DNA of 64,000 nt from Candidatus Bathyarchaeota archaeon (GCA_963772455.1 CAVYXJ010000007.1:192001-256000); one strand, 5' to 3'. Counted from the stretch's first letter, positions 42,229 through 52,793 are shown. The notes: generated from the letters alone by a model not told the origin. Numbers and translations: made by a program.

Positions 42229-44268
42229 ATGAAGAAAGAAATCTGCATTTCTTTAATAACATTACTTTTATGTTCAACGTTTTCAAGCGTGATTATACAA
42301 GGCGTTTTTTCTCAAACTCCAAATCTAATTGACCCCAAGACAATTCCCAAGTGGGTAAACCAACTAGACAAAGCGCCTCCAATCTATAATCCGAATAATG
42401 TGACTGACAATTCTGGAAAAATAATTCGTCAAGACTATGTAGTTGGTGTTAGCGAATTTATGCAACAAATATTACCTTTGATGGATGCTAATGGAAACCC
42501 AACTGGATTTGGTTCGACTAAGGTTTGGGGATTTGAAGGGCAAGCCAAAGATGCAATAACTGGAGAGAATCTTGGGTTAGTTCACAGCAGTCCTGGGTGC
42601 ACTTTTGAAGCCACCAGAGGAGTTCCAGTACAGGTGAAATGGGTAAATAATCTTGTGGATTCTTCAGGAAATCCTTTAAATCACATGTTTGCAATTGACC
42701 CAACTATCCAATGGGCAAACCCCAAAAACTTGGCATCTCCTGATCCTGTTTCTTTACCTGCTTTTCCCAGTGGTTATGTTCAAGCTCAAAGTCCTGTTCC
42801 AATCGTGATTCATTTGCACGGAGGAGAAGTTCCTTCAACATCTGATGGAAATCCTGAGGCATGGTGGACTACAAATGGATTACATGGAGCCGCATATAAT
42901 ACCGATTTAGCCACAGAAAGTAATTCAGCTGTGTTCACTTACCCTAATGAGCAACAACCAACAACTTTATGGTATCACGACCATGCTATGGGAATTACTC
43001 GTCTTAACGTCATGTCTGGACTTGCTGGTTTCTATTTGTTAAGAAGTACCGATGACCAAGTTGCTGGATTGCTACCAAAGGGTGAATTTGAAATTCCTCT
43101 TGCAATTCAAGATAGGAATTTTCTTTCTGACGGTTCACTTTATTTCCCAAGTGAAGGGAGTAATAAAGCGGTTCACCCATATTGGAATCCAACTTTTGTT
43201 GGAAATTCCATAATGGTAAATGGATTAGCATGGCCAAACACTGATGTTAAACAAGGTCAATATCGCCTTAGAATTTTAGATGGGTCAAACTCACGTTTTT
43301 ACACATTACATTTCTCAAATAATATGCAATTTACACAGATAGGAACTGACGGTGGATATCTAAAAACGCCTGTAACGCTTTCTTCATTAACTATTTCGCC
43401 AGGTGAACGAGTTGATTTACTTGTGGATTTTTCCAATGTAGCTGCTGGCGAAAAAGTAATTCTTGAGAATTCGGATCCCTTATTGACTAATGATGAAAAG
43501 CAAACTGTAGGTCAAATTATTCAGTTTACAGTCTCTAATGACAAAGGTTTTTCGCCTAAGTCTTTGCCTTCAGAATTGAATCCGACGCTCTCTAGTGACT
43601 TTCCTACTTTGCAATCTCCAACAAAAAGTAGAACACTTACTTTAATTGAGCAAGGCGATGCTCCAAATACGGTGGCGATGCTTCTGGACGGGCAATCGTG
43701 GGATGCTCCTGTTTCTGAAGAGCCCCAAATAGGAACAACTGAAGACTGGATTATTGTCAATCCATTGATGACTACACATCCAATCCATTTGCACTTAGTT
43801 CAATTTCAACTATTAGAAAGACAGGAACTTGCTTCAGCTCAATATCTGTATGATTGGCAAAGTTTAAACGGAAATGCTCCATTAAATCACAGTACCTTCA
43901 ACGTTGATTCTTTAGATCGATACTTATTGGGTCAACCTGTAAGACCGGCTCCATATGAGCAAGGCTGGAAAGATACCATTCAAGCGGACGCAGGTTCGGT
44001 CACCGTGATTCGAGTTCGGTTTGCTCCCCAAGATGGCTCTAACTACAAGTTTGATCCTACATCTGGTCCTGGATACGTATGGCATTGCCACATACTCGAT
44101 CATGAAGACAACGAAATGATGCGCCCCCTCGTGATTGTCGGTTCTTACAACCAAACGTCTCCGCTGCTATCTGTTGGTTTAATTGCAGTTGTAGTTATCT
44201 TAGTAGTAGCTATCGCATCAATTGTGTTCTGGCACTTTCGAAAGCGTTCTAAGGGTAAAATTTCATAA
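42229..44268 (+). CDS. Membrane-anchored multicopper oxidase (CotA/bilirubin oxidase-like)
   Basis: HLHG, WYHDH, HPIHLH, WHCHILDHEDNEMM; signal peptide and C-terminal TM helix. Confidence 0.95.
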   Translation: MKKEICISLITLLLCSTFSSVIIQGVFSQTPNLIDPKTIPKWVNQLDKAPPIYNPNNVTDNSGKIIRQDYVVGVSEFMQQILPLMDANGNPTGFGSTKVWGFEGQAKDAITGENLGLVHSSPGCTFEATRGVPVQVKWVNNLVDSSGNPLNHMFAIDPTIQWANPKNLASPDPVSLPAFPSGYVQAQSPVPIVIHLHGGEVPSTSDGNPEAWWTTNGLHGAAYNTDLATESNSAVFTYPNEQQPTTLWYHDHAMGITRLNVMSGLAGFYLLRSTDDQVAGLLPKGEFEIPLAIQDRNFLSDGSLYFPSEGSNKAVHPYWNPTFVGNSIMVNGLAWPNTDVKQGQYRLRILDGSNSRFYTLHFSNNMQFTQIGTDGGYLKTPVTLSSLTISPGERVDLLVDFSNVAAGEKVILENSDPLLTNDEKQTVGQIIQFTVSNDKGFSPKSLPSELNPTLSSDFPTLQSPTKSRTLTLIEQGDAPNTVAMLLDGQSWDAPVSEEPQIGTTEDWIIVNPLMTTHPIHLHLVQFQLLERQELASAQYLYDWQSLNGNAPLNHSTFNVDSLDRYLLGQPVRPAPYEQGWKDTIQADAGSVTVIRVRFAPQDGSNYKFDPTSGPGYVWHCHILDHEDNEMMRPLVIVGSYNQTSPLLSVGLIAVVVILVVAIASIVFWHFRKRSKGKIS

Positions 44269-44466
44269 ACTACCACTTACATTGTCGATTTGGCTACAAT
44301 AGGAATTCAGTTAATTCCCTTGCCCCAACACAAACAATTACTCATAAATCTCACATAAAAAAAACACTGAACTATTCAAATAATGATAAAAAATTTGTCA
44401 GCTCTCAAACAGTAAAAATACCAAAACTTTGGGAAAACTTTTATTCATATTAAGCAACTTCAACTT

Positions 44467-45447
44467 ATGACTAGATTGCTTTGCAACAAAGAATTATATG
44501 AAACTGTTCTTCAAAAATCATTGAGTACAAAAGAGATTTTATGGGTTTGTTCTCCATCTCTTGGTTCAGGGTCTCATAGAGTATTTTCACAAGAAATCCT
44601 AAAGAATCCTCCAATTGATACTCGGTTTGTCTTCCAACTAAATGATTTTTCAGTTAAGGAAGGTGAAGTCAATCCTTATGAAATTCAGTACATATTGGAA
44701 CACTTGAAGGATGCCAAAATAAAATCTAACGAAAATTTTCATACAAACATTTACATTTTTGACGATTCAGCATTACTTACTTCGGCAACCTTGACGGAAG
44801 AAGCTTTTGAAAACAATAATGAAGTGGGTGTATTGCTTGAGGGATCAGATCTAGAAGAAATAAAAAGTTTTTTTAATGAAAGTTTATGGAACACTTCAAA
44901 ACCTATTGGGGAATTAAAAAAACATAAACTTATGTGGAATTTAGCCCAGAAGACTGCGAAAAAAGTCAACTTGAAAAAAATTAAACCTCATACGCAAATC
45001 AAAGATTGGACCAATGACTCGAGCAATACATGGTTTATTGGGGTTTCCCATTGGATATCTGCAAAGTCCGAACACAAAATAAAGAAAGAAACTAATTGGC
45101 AAAATAGTCTCTCTATATTAGGAGATGTTGGTTACAATTTTTTTAGCCATGTAAAACTTGAGGACTATGCCTATATTGCTGACTTAAGTAAACGTGGAAA
45201 AATAGAAGTTCAATTTGTCCGAATTCTTGATAAAGCACGTGTAGAAACCGATGAGGGAGATCTTCACGGGGTCTTTAAAATCGAAAAAACTTATGTTTTG
45301 GAAAGAGAACCATTCCATGAAATGCTAAAAAACTCAAATATCAAATCTAAAACGTCCGAGATTATACTTAATGATAACCAACTAAACCAGATAGCAATTG
45401 TTCTTTCTTCAATCAAACGCAAAAGAAGACGCAAGACCAAGAAATAA
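44467..45447 (+). CDS. PLD-like domain protein with degenerate HKD motif
   Basis: FHTNIYIFDD...TSATLT...NNEVG versus the consensus HxKxxxxD...SxNLT...NxE. Confidence 0.7.
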   Translation: MTRLLCNKELYETVLQKSLSTKEILWVCSPSLGSGSHRVFSQEILKNPPIDTRFVFQLNDFSVKEGEVNPYEIQYILEHLKDAKIKSNENFHTNIYIFDDSALLTSATLTEEAFENNNEVGVLLEGSDLEEIKSFFNESLWNTSKPIGELKKHKLMWNLAQKTAKKVNLKKIKPHTQIKDWTNDSSNTWFIGVSHWISAKSEHKIKKETNWQNSLSILGDVGYNFFSHVKLEDYAYIADLSKRGKIEVQFVRILDKARVETDEGDLHGVFKIEKTYVLEREPFHEMLKNSNIKSKTSEIILNDNQLNQIAIVLSSIKRKRRRKTKK

Positions 45448-45587
45448 AGATTGGAGAACAACCCTATAGAAAGTCGAGAAATTTGTTCTTCTTCAAGAAC
45501 CAAATATACTTAAATTTTTTATAATTTGTACCAAAACACAAATAGGTAAAAATAACGTCTTGAATTGTTCAGAAGGAAGTAATCAAC

Positions 45588-46046
45588 TTGGCAAATTTAG
45601 CGAGTAGCTGTGAATACTTAACAAATGAAAAATTATGTTTAGCTGTTTCTGAAAGCGAGAAATCAAGAGCAATTCGGCAGGTTCGTTGCAAAAATGATGA
45701 AAAGACGACATGTTGTTACCTTTGCATGTTTGTGTTAGATTGTGCAAATCCTTGCCGATTCTTAGGAGGTTATGAAAATGAACCTCAACAAGTTGATTCT
45801 GATAAAATCAAAATAGATAATTCGGTAACCAGTGAAAAAGAAACCAAAGTGAACGAAATAGAAAATGCTTCACTTACTTTCTGTACTTCATGTAATGTGG
45901 AGATGTCCCAAGGTAAGACTAAGTTTAAGATTGATAGTGATGGCTCGACTAGATTTGGGGCGGAAGTGTTACCTGTAATAGTGTATCTATGTCCTAAATG
46001 TGGCAAAATTGATTTTAGAGCTGATGAAAAATTAATCAAGAAATAA
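45588..46046 (+). CDS. Cys-rich zinc-finger protein
   Basis: N-terminal Cys cluster, CTSC...CPKCG. Confidence 0.7.
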   Translation: MANLASSCEYLTNEKLCLAVSESEKSRAIRQVRCKNDEKTTCCYLCMFVLDCANPCRFLGGYENEPQQVDSDKIKIDNSVTSEKETKVNEIENASLTFCTSCNVEMSQGKTKFKIDSDGSTRFGAEVLPVIVYLCPKCGKIDFRADEKLIKK

Positions 46047-46059
46047 TTGGATTGTTACA

Positions 46060-46215
46060 TTAGGGCTTTTCTTGTTTGGCTTCTTTGATTGCTGAAACGA
46101 TTGTTCCACACTCGGTGCATTCCCAACAAGTATGTATTTTGTTTTTGTCATATACTGGATTCATTTCTTCTTCGCATTCAGGGCATACCTTTTCCAGTTG
46201 ATTTTTTTTTGACAT
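46060..46215 (-). CDS. 51-aa zinc-ribbon protein (not in the ORF track)
   Basis: MSKKNQLEKVCPECEEEMNPVYDKNKIHTCWECTECGTIVSAIKEAKQEKP. Confidence 0.7.
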   Translation of the reverse strand: MSKKNQLEKVCPECEEEMNPVYDKNKIHTCWECTECGTIVSAIKEAKQEKP

Positions 46216-46316
46216 TTTAATTTCAGACGTTTCACGCCTTTATACAATATAAACCAACTGGTATTAAGATTAGCAAAATCTAAATAAATCCATCCACAAA
46301 CAGTTTTCGATGCCTA

Positions 46317-46958
46317 ATGAAGACCTCAAACGGCAAAATACAAGCACTTGCACTATGTGGAATTCTATCGCCCATTGTCTATGTTGTAACTGTGGCTTTG
46401 GGTGGCTTTTTGGATCCTTCCTATTCTCACATTGGCAAAACCGTTAGCGAACTTGTTGAAAATGGTGCTCCAAATCGGGATTTACTCAATATATTGTTAG
46501 TGGTTTACAATGTCCTCATTATTCCGTTTGCAATTGGACTCTTCTTTGGTTTAAAGAAAGGTTTGAGTCGAGGTCTAGTGCTAGCTGCTTTGGTTCTTAC
46601 AGGCGTATTGGGCACCATTGTAACTGTTTTCTTTCCTTTAGATGCAGCCGGGCAATCTGTAACTTTTACGGGAACGATGCATTTGGTAGTGGTTGGTTTG
46701 GTGGTCCCATGCACGTTTATCTTCATGCTTGGATTCTGGAACATCGCACGAAAAGATGAAAGCTGGGGAAAGGCTGCAGTATTTTCGATTGCAGTGTTTG
46801 TTGTAACGTTGATTTCAGGGATAGCTACAGCGGCGTTTGTAAATTCTGATTATCGAGGTTTGCTTGAGCGTATTACGATAAGTTCAACCTTAGTTTGGAT
46901 TGAAGTAGTGGCAGCAAAACTATATTCTATCTCGAAAAGAAAACTTGCTTCTACTTAA
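46317..46958 (+). CDS. DUF998-like membrane protein
   Basis: YSHIGKTVSEL...GAP, several TM helices, GLLERI. Confidence 0.8.
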   Translation: MKTSNGKIQALALCGILSPIVYVVTVALGGFLDPSYSHIGKTVSELVENGAPNRDLLNILLVVYNVLIIPFAIGLFFGLKKGLSRGLVLAALVLTGVLGTIVTVFFPLDAAGQSVTFTGTMHLVVVGLVVPCTFIFMLGFWNIARKDESWGKAAVFSIAVFVVTLISGIATAAFVNSDYRGLLERITISSTLVWIEVVAAKLYSISKRKLAST

Positions 46959-47102
46959 ATAACTAGTACGTACTGTTCTGTAAATACAAATGTGAAAACT
47001 ACAAAATGTGCTATTAACTCTAACAGTTCGAATGTAGAATAATAAGAGGTAAATGATTGAAAAGTTCTTGCTTACATTGGTCTATTAATTTTAAATGCGG
47101 TA

Positions 47103-47372
47103 TTATTCGGCTAAATAAACTGTTTCAGATGGAGCAAGAATTTGATTAGAAATAAAATAGACACCGTTATCAAACAACATATTTAACTCATGTTTTTTAA
47201 CAAAATCAGCAATAACCTCAAGTGAACTCTGGTTGACTGTAGTTTCCATAATTCTTAAAACAAACCCTTCTTTCAAAGTCTCAAGAATTTTTGCATCTAT
47301 TTTGCAGTTTATTCCTATTTCTCTTTTCAATACCATTGCGTCATACATTTTCAAAGTAACATCACCTGCCAA
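47103..47372 (-). CDS. Hypothetical protein
   Basis: 89-aa ORF with ordinary composition. Confidence 0.5.
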   Translation of the reverse strand: MAGDVTLKMYDAMVLKREIGINCKIDAKILETLKEGFVLRIMETTVNQSSLEVIADFVKKHELNMLFDNGVYFISNQILAPSETVYLAE

Positions 47373-47731
47373 AAATCTAGATTACAAAAGAATCGTAAAA
47401 CCAGATATCTATGCTATTAAAGACTGTCTATATTATATATTGCAACAGTTGCTTAAGATTATTTTGCATAATTATTATTTGATACCTAAAAATGAGAACA
47501 TAAAATTAAATATTAATTTTTAGATAGAACCGCTTTTTGCTTTTCAAAAATCTGATTATCCCTAAACCAGTCGCGATGCGGATTAATATCATTTTTATTT
47601 GAAGTCACAATCTTAAAATAGTTTTCTAGTTAAGACTACTACAAGGATTTTGAAATACCCATTACAACGCGATTATATGTGAATAATGCTGTTTTGGGAT
47701 TCAATAAATTCTTCAAAAGGCGTATTAACAG

Positions 47732-48091
47732 ATGTCAGAAAAATTTTCATTAAGGGAATTAATGGGTACAATTCTAAAAGAGATAAAAGCCATGCTCAAA
47801 GAATACATGAATGAAGCCGAAACAGCGGTTAAAAAACGCCTAAGAAAACTAATCTTGTTAAGCATAGTAAGCAGCGTTTTGTTGACGCTTGGCATTTCGT
47901 TAATCGGTTCAGCTTCTCTATTCATGCTAATTGGCTCTCTTAAGTATCTTAGCACGTTCATGCCAGCTTGGAAAGCATGGTATATCATTGGCATTACTTC
48001 AGGCATTACCGCAGGTATTTTGTTTTTGGCACTTTTTATTATTATAAGAAAACAATTAAAATCTCCTGAAACGCCCACAAAGCAAAATTAG
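47732..48091 (+). CDS. Two-TM membrane protein (YqjE/holin-like topology)
   Basis: Amphipathic N-terminal helix, two TM segments, basic tail. Confidence 0.65.
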   Translation: MSEKFSLRELMGTILKEIKAMLKEYMNEAETAVKKRLRKLILLSIVSSVLLTLGISLIGSASLFMLIGSLKYLSTFMPAWKAWYIIGITSGITAGILFLALFIIIRKQLKSPETPTKQN

Positions 48092-48453
48092 CCACCTTCC
48101 TTGTTCAAACTCAAATATTGGATTCTATTAGAAAATGTTTCAATAAATAGAAATATATTTGATGTTGCAAAAGTGGGGAAAGCTTTTTTCTTTATATTTG
48201 TTGTTGACTTGTTATGACTGCAGTTGGAGCAGAACAGTTGGAAGAATGAATGTCTTAGTTACTGCCACAAAACTTTTTGTCGGGATTACCTGTTTGGAAA
48301 GACTGACTGTTGAGTAAACTTGCTTAAATCTTAGTTTTTGAGACTTCATGTTTTTATACTTTGACAATAAGTAAACGGCGATTCTATTGACTGTTGATCT
48401 CCAAATCAAATGTCGCGCGTATTCCATCAATATACTAGAAAAGGGGAATTCAA

Positions 48454-50376
48454 TTGGCAATTGAAGAGCGCAATTCTCAGGGCGAGAAATCGGAGATAAA
48501 AATCACTAAAAAACAATCAATCCGTTCAAAAAAGACAACTTCAACGATAGATACGCCTGAAAAACTCTTATCCAGCGAATGTGAAGAGCAATCATTTTCC
48601 TGCAGGAAAGATAAGCAAATGTATTCAATCACTTTTTCAGACCCCTATAACATAAAAAAGCTATTTCAAACAAGAAAGTTTTCAGAATTTCAGAAATTTC
48701 AGCTGAATTTAACGGCTATTCAAATTAAGCACACAAGTAAAATCGACAAACTCATTTCTGTAGATGAATTAAGGACAAAATTAATACCTTATAATTTTCA
48801 GATGAAGCTGGCGCTTCAGGTAATAAATGAAATGAATGGAAACGCGATTCTTGCTGATGAAGTAGGGCTTGGCAAAACAATCGAAGCGGGTCTTATTATG
48901 AAAGAGTTACTATTAAGGGATGAAATCAACTCAATTTTGATTGTATCGCCAAAGAGCCTCTTATCCCAGTGGAAAAGTGAAATGGCTGAGAAATTCGGAG
49001 AAACTTTCGCGGTTGCAAATACCAAACGAGTCAACCTCAAAACTGTTGACAGGATAATATGTTCACATAATCTTTTGTATAGAAAATATGATGAGCTTGC
49101 AAGTCGCACATGGGACCTTATTGTTGTGGATGAGGCGCATGCATTTAGGAACATCCATGGTAAGGGTAGAGCGTCTTTGGCAAAAATTAGAAAAAATCAT
49201 TTGCTGCTACTAACAGCTACCCCATTATGCAATAAGCTTACTGACTTGCATAGCATAGTAGATTTAATTCATCCAGGAATTCTTGATAGTGAACGTGCGT
49301 TTATTTCTAGGTTTGCTGAAGATTCCAAAAGTCGAGTTGTAAAGTCAGAGGAAGTAGATTATTTAAAACAGACGCTTCGAGATGTTATGTGCAGAACTCG
49401 TAGAGAACAAACTGGTATTCCATTTACGAAAAGGTGTGTTGACTCACGAACTCTTGAAGCTAATGAGGGCGAACGTGAATTTATTGATCAAGCAACCGAA
49501 TACCTCAGGGACATGAGCAATAACCATTTCAAGACAATAGAGACTCTAATAGCGGAGAATCCGAGTAGAAAAATAAGTCAATCCCAGAGTAACGCGATTT
49601 TAGTCTTTCAAGCGATTACACTTCAACAATCCTTCTCAAGTTCCCCGTTTGCGGCAATTGAATCTTTAAAGAAGAGACAACAACGATTCCCAATGGAGAC
49701 TGAAACCACTAGCAGATTAATTGAGTTGGCTGAAAAAGTCAAGGGGGCAAAAATGGAATTGCTAAGAAACGTTCTAAGGGAGATCCCGAATGAACAAGCA
49801 TTGATATTTTGTCTGCGAAAAATCACGGCTCACAAGCTTAAAGAAGTGATTGACCATGAGTTTGGCCGTGCGGCGGTTTTCTTGGGCGACTTGAATCAGG
49901 CTGAAAGAGATAAGGTTATTGAAAGTTTCAAGTGTGGCCAAACAAAATATCTTGTTGCCACTGATGCTGCAGCTGAAGGCTTAAACTTGCAGAATTGCTG
50001 TATGATGTTCAATTATGATTTGCATTGGAATCCCATGAAAATTGAACAGCGAATCGGTCGAATCCACAGATACAAACAAGACCGCGATGTTACAATCTTC
50101 AATTTAAGTGTTAAAGATACAATCGATGACTATGTTTTACACATATTGTATCAAAAAATAGATTTATTCACAATGACTGTTGGCAAAATGGAAACTGTTC
50201 TTGCTGAGTTAAAAGAGGGATCTCAAGATATACAAAAAACAATTGGAGAAATCTTGCTTAGAAGTAACTCGCGTATGGATATTAAAAAAGAACTTGAAAG
50301 ATTAGCAGAGGACCTTAATGTTTCTAGAAAGAATCAAGAATTGGCTGAAAAATTCACTCAAGGTGTTCTTGATTGA
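48454..50376 (+). CDS. SNF2-family helicase (YqhH-like)
   Basis: LADEVGLGKT, DEAH, LTATP, EGLNLQ, WNPMKIEQRIGRIHR. Confidence 0.93.
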   Translation: MAIEERNSQGEKSEIKITKKQSIRSKKTTSTIDTPEKLLSSECEEQSFSCRKDKQMYSITFSDPYNIKKLFQTRKFSEFQKFQLNLTAIQIKHTSKIDKLISVDELRTKLIPYNFQMKLALQVINEMNGNAILADEVGLGKTIEAGLIMKELLLRDEINSILIVSPKSLLSQWKSEMAEKFGETFAVANTKRVNLKTVDRIICSHNLLYRKYDELASRTWDLIVVDEAHAFRNIHGKGRASLAKIRKNHLLLLTATPLCNKLTDLHSIVDLIHPGILDSERAFISRFAEDSKSRVVKSEEVDYLKQTLRDVMCRTRREQTGIPFTKRCVDSRTLEANEGEREFIDQATEYLRDMSNNHFKTIETLIAENPSRKISQSQSNAILVFQAITLQQSFSSSPFAAIESLKKRQQRFPMETETTSRLIELAEKVKGAKMELLRNVLREIPNEQALIFCLRKITAHKLKEVIDHEFGRAAVFLGDLNQAERDKVIESFKCGQTKYLVATDAAAEGLNLQNCCMMFNYDLHWNPMKIEQRIGRIHRYKQDRDVTIFNLSVKDTIDDYVLHILYQKIDLFTMTVGKMETVLAELKEGSQDIQKTIGEILLRSNSRMDIKKELERLAEDLNVSRKNQELAEKFTQGVLD

Positions 50377-51749
50377 GCACAAAATATTCTGAAACTGCAA
50401 TTCACCAGTTCATTATGGCCTATGTTAAATCCAAAAATGGCATAATTTCAGAGCTGTCTGATGAAGTATTTTCCATAAAGTTTCCGCGCGAAACAAACCC
50501 CAAGGAATACACTTATCAACCAAATCTTTCACGAGAGAAGAAAATTCTTCTTATAACGCCAGGAAGCCTGGTGTTTCAGCAAATTCTTAAAGAATGCTTA
50601 GAAAATGGAATTCTTTGCCAAATTTCGCTTAAATCAAAAGAAGAAATTGTCGCTCTACTCAAAGGATACTTTAAGGATTCATATTTTTCTTGTGAAGACT
50701 GTGACAATATTACCATTGAAGGTCAAGCATACTGCTCCTGCATAAAAAATCCGCCATGTTATCATAAAATAAATAACGGAGAAATAGTTTCAGCAAAAAT
50801 TCTCAAAAATGAGTCAGTGAGGTATTTCGAATTTTATTTTTCGATAATTTTTCAAAATAAACTTCGACAGAGAAACGAAGAAACAATTACAGTACTGATG
50901 GATGAGGATGGAAATATCGTTAGGGCAGGGGAGTTTAGTAAAGGAAATGTTCTGAATTCCCAAACGATTGAGGTTAAAGATTTTAAGTCTAAGCTTGAAT
51001 CTTCGGTCTTTGAAAAGCTGAAAGCAGTTGCAGACAAAAAGTTGGAAACCATAGTTAAGGAAAAATTGGTTCTTTTTGACTTAGCCCTCTACAAAGAGAA
51101 AAAATCTAAACTAAGGAGCTTCGATAAGAGACTTAGAAAGGAGCGACGTGAAAAGGTAATTTCTAGAAAGCATGATTTTGATCTACCTCAATGGCGAGCC
51201 AACTACGAGTTGCTATTAAAAAGTGAAGAAGAATCTTTCAAAACCAATATTACAGTAAAATTCATCAATTTAATGGTAATTAACACAACCAAAATAAAAT
51301 TTGAAATAAACCTTGACAATAATTCAACTATTCGATCCTCTGTGGTCATTGGTATAAATGATAATTCAGAAGTTAGCTGCCCGATATGCAAAAAAACTTT
51401 CTATGAAGGATACGCAACCCAAGATGCACTCTATGTTTGTAAAAATTGCGTCAGACAATCCATAGACACTGCCAAAATTTATTCAAAAAAAGCAACGCTC
51501 TCGTTAGATGAAACATTAAATGAGTACTTTGAACAAGATTCAGGTTTCATTTGTTCAGTGTGTGGAAAAAGACACAGTCGGTTGCTGGAATTCAAGTGTG
51601 GTCATGACAATTCAAGCGTATGCATTCACCATTATGGAAGTTGTGACGTTTGTGGAAAAGTTTTTTCAAAACTCAATCTTACATACACAGACGAGTTTAA
51701 GCGACAATTATGCCCAAAACATGCATCCAAAATAGCAAAGGAGCATTAA
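50373..51749 (+). CDS. Multi-zinc-finger partner protein (possibly YqhG-like)
   Basis: Overlaps the helicase stop; ITPGS..FQQI; many CxxC/CxxH pairs at the C-terminus. Confidence 0.65.
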   Translation: MSTKYSETAIHQFIMAYVKSKNGIISELSDEVFSIKFPRETNPKEYTYQPNLSREKKILLITPGSLVFQQILKECLENGILCQISLKSKEEIVALLKGYFKDSYFSCEDCDNITIEGQAYCSCIKNPPCYHKINNGEIVSAKILKNESVRYFEFYFSIIFQNKLRQRNEETITVLMDEDGNIVRAGEFSKGNVLNSQTIEVKDFKSKLESSVFEKLKAVADKKLETIVKEKLVLFDLALYKEKKSKLRSFDKRLRKERREKVISRKHDFDLPQWRANYELLLKSEEESFKTNITVKFINLMVINTTKIKFEINLDNNSTIRSSVVIGINDNSEVSCPICKKTFYEGYATQDALYVCKNCVRQSIDTAKIYSKKATLSLDETLNEYFEQDSGFICSVCGKRHSRLLEFKCGHDNSSVCIHHYGSCDVCGKVFSKLNLTYTDEFKRQLCPKHASKIAKEH

Positions 51750-51750
51750 G

Positions 51751-52668
51751 ATGACATATTTCAAATTAAATGGCGTAATAGAAGAAATAATCAAGCGATA
51801 TCCAAATATCGATATCGCAGATTTTTTGCAAGAGAAACTGCAGATTCCGGACTATAAGGCAGATGAATTGGCTTCCAGAATAGAAAAGGAATGTTGTCAC
51901 AAAGTAAACAAATATTTTGTTGGACAATTGTTAGAAAAATCAGATGAATCTGAGCGTTTGAAAACAAGTGTTTATTCGGTTGAAAGCCTTTCAGAGCGGG
52001 AATTTGAAAGGTTTGCTAAGTGGCTGCTTGAAGAATTAGGTTATGAAATTTTCCCGGGGAGTCATTCAATTAATTCAGGCGTTTGCCTGGTGGCTACAAA
52101 GGATGATAAGAAAATTGCGATTTTAACTAAAAAAACTCAGAGAAATAGCGACGTTTCGAATTTAGTCATTCTAAAATCCCAAGAAACTAAGGGTATCTAC
52201 GGTTGCTCTAGATCAAATGTCTTAACTACTTCGTATTTTACCAAACAAGCTAAAGCTGACGCTCAGAAGTTCGATGTTGAACTTTGGGACAGAGACACAC
52301 TCAATACGAAGATTACCGAGGTAGTAAAAAAGATCGAACTGGAAGAGCAGATTTGTTTTCCCCCATTCAAAGGACCACTTCTGCAGAGCCTCCTTAGGCT
52401 AGAAGAAACCAAGGATTTTATTATTGAATCAAAATTAGAAGGAAAATATGAGTTAAATTTACCCGGTGTGAAGTATCCTCTGCTGACTTTTCAGACGCAT
52501 AATAACGAAATTACCAGATGTGTATTTAGAATTAAATATAATGAGCCTGTAGGCGAATTTGATGGTGAAGCAATAATCAATACTGACCGCAACAACAATA
52601 GATTCGGTCCTAATGGCGAAGAAGCATACGCATTAATAATCAAGTATCTTGAGCAATTTGTGGAGTAA
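51751..52668 (+). CDS. Mrr-like restriction-endonuclease-fold protein with degenerate active site
   Basis: LSEREFERFAKWLLEELGY...TTSYFT..A...ELWDRD; GVC replaces GxD and LTK replaces QxK. Confidence 0.75.
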   Translation: MTYFKLNGVIEEIIKRYPNIDIADFLQEKLQIPDYKADELASRIEKECCHKVNKYFVGQLLEKSDESERLKTSVYSVESLSEREFERFAKWLLEELGYEIFPGSHSINSGVCLVATKDDKKIAILTKKTQRNSDVSNLVILKSQETKGIYGCSRSNVLTTSYFTKQAKADAQKFDVELWDRDTLNTKITEVVKKIELEEQICFPPFKGPLLQSLLRLEETKDFIIESKLEGKYELNLPGVKYPLLTFQTHNNEITRCVFRIKYNEPVGEFDGEAIINTDRNNNRFGPNGEEAYALIIKYLEQFVE

Positions 52669-52793
52669 ATTTGATATCTCGTCGGTTTGTGTTTAGATCA
52701 AATTTGGAGATTTAAAGCTGTTATTGAAGTTGTTTGAAAAGATTTCAGCAGTCCCCTAATACAAAAGTTTTCTACAAATGACTGTGTTTTTCA

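Noticed and set aside
46060-46215. LysW carrier protein
   Set aside because: The zinc ribbon is similar in size but lacks the C-terminal EDWGE motif.
47732-48091. Holin indicating a provirus
   Set aside because: Topology only; no integrase, capsid, terminase or att sites seen.
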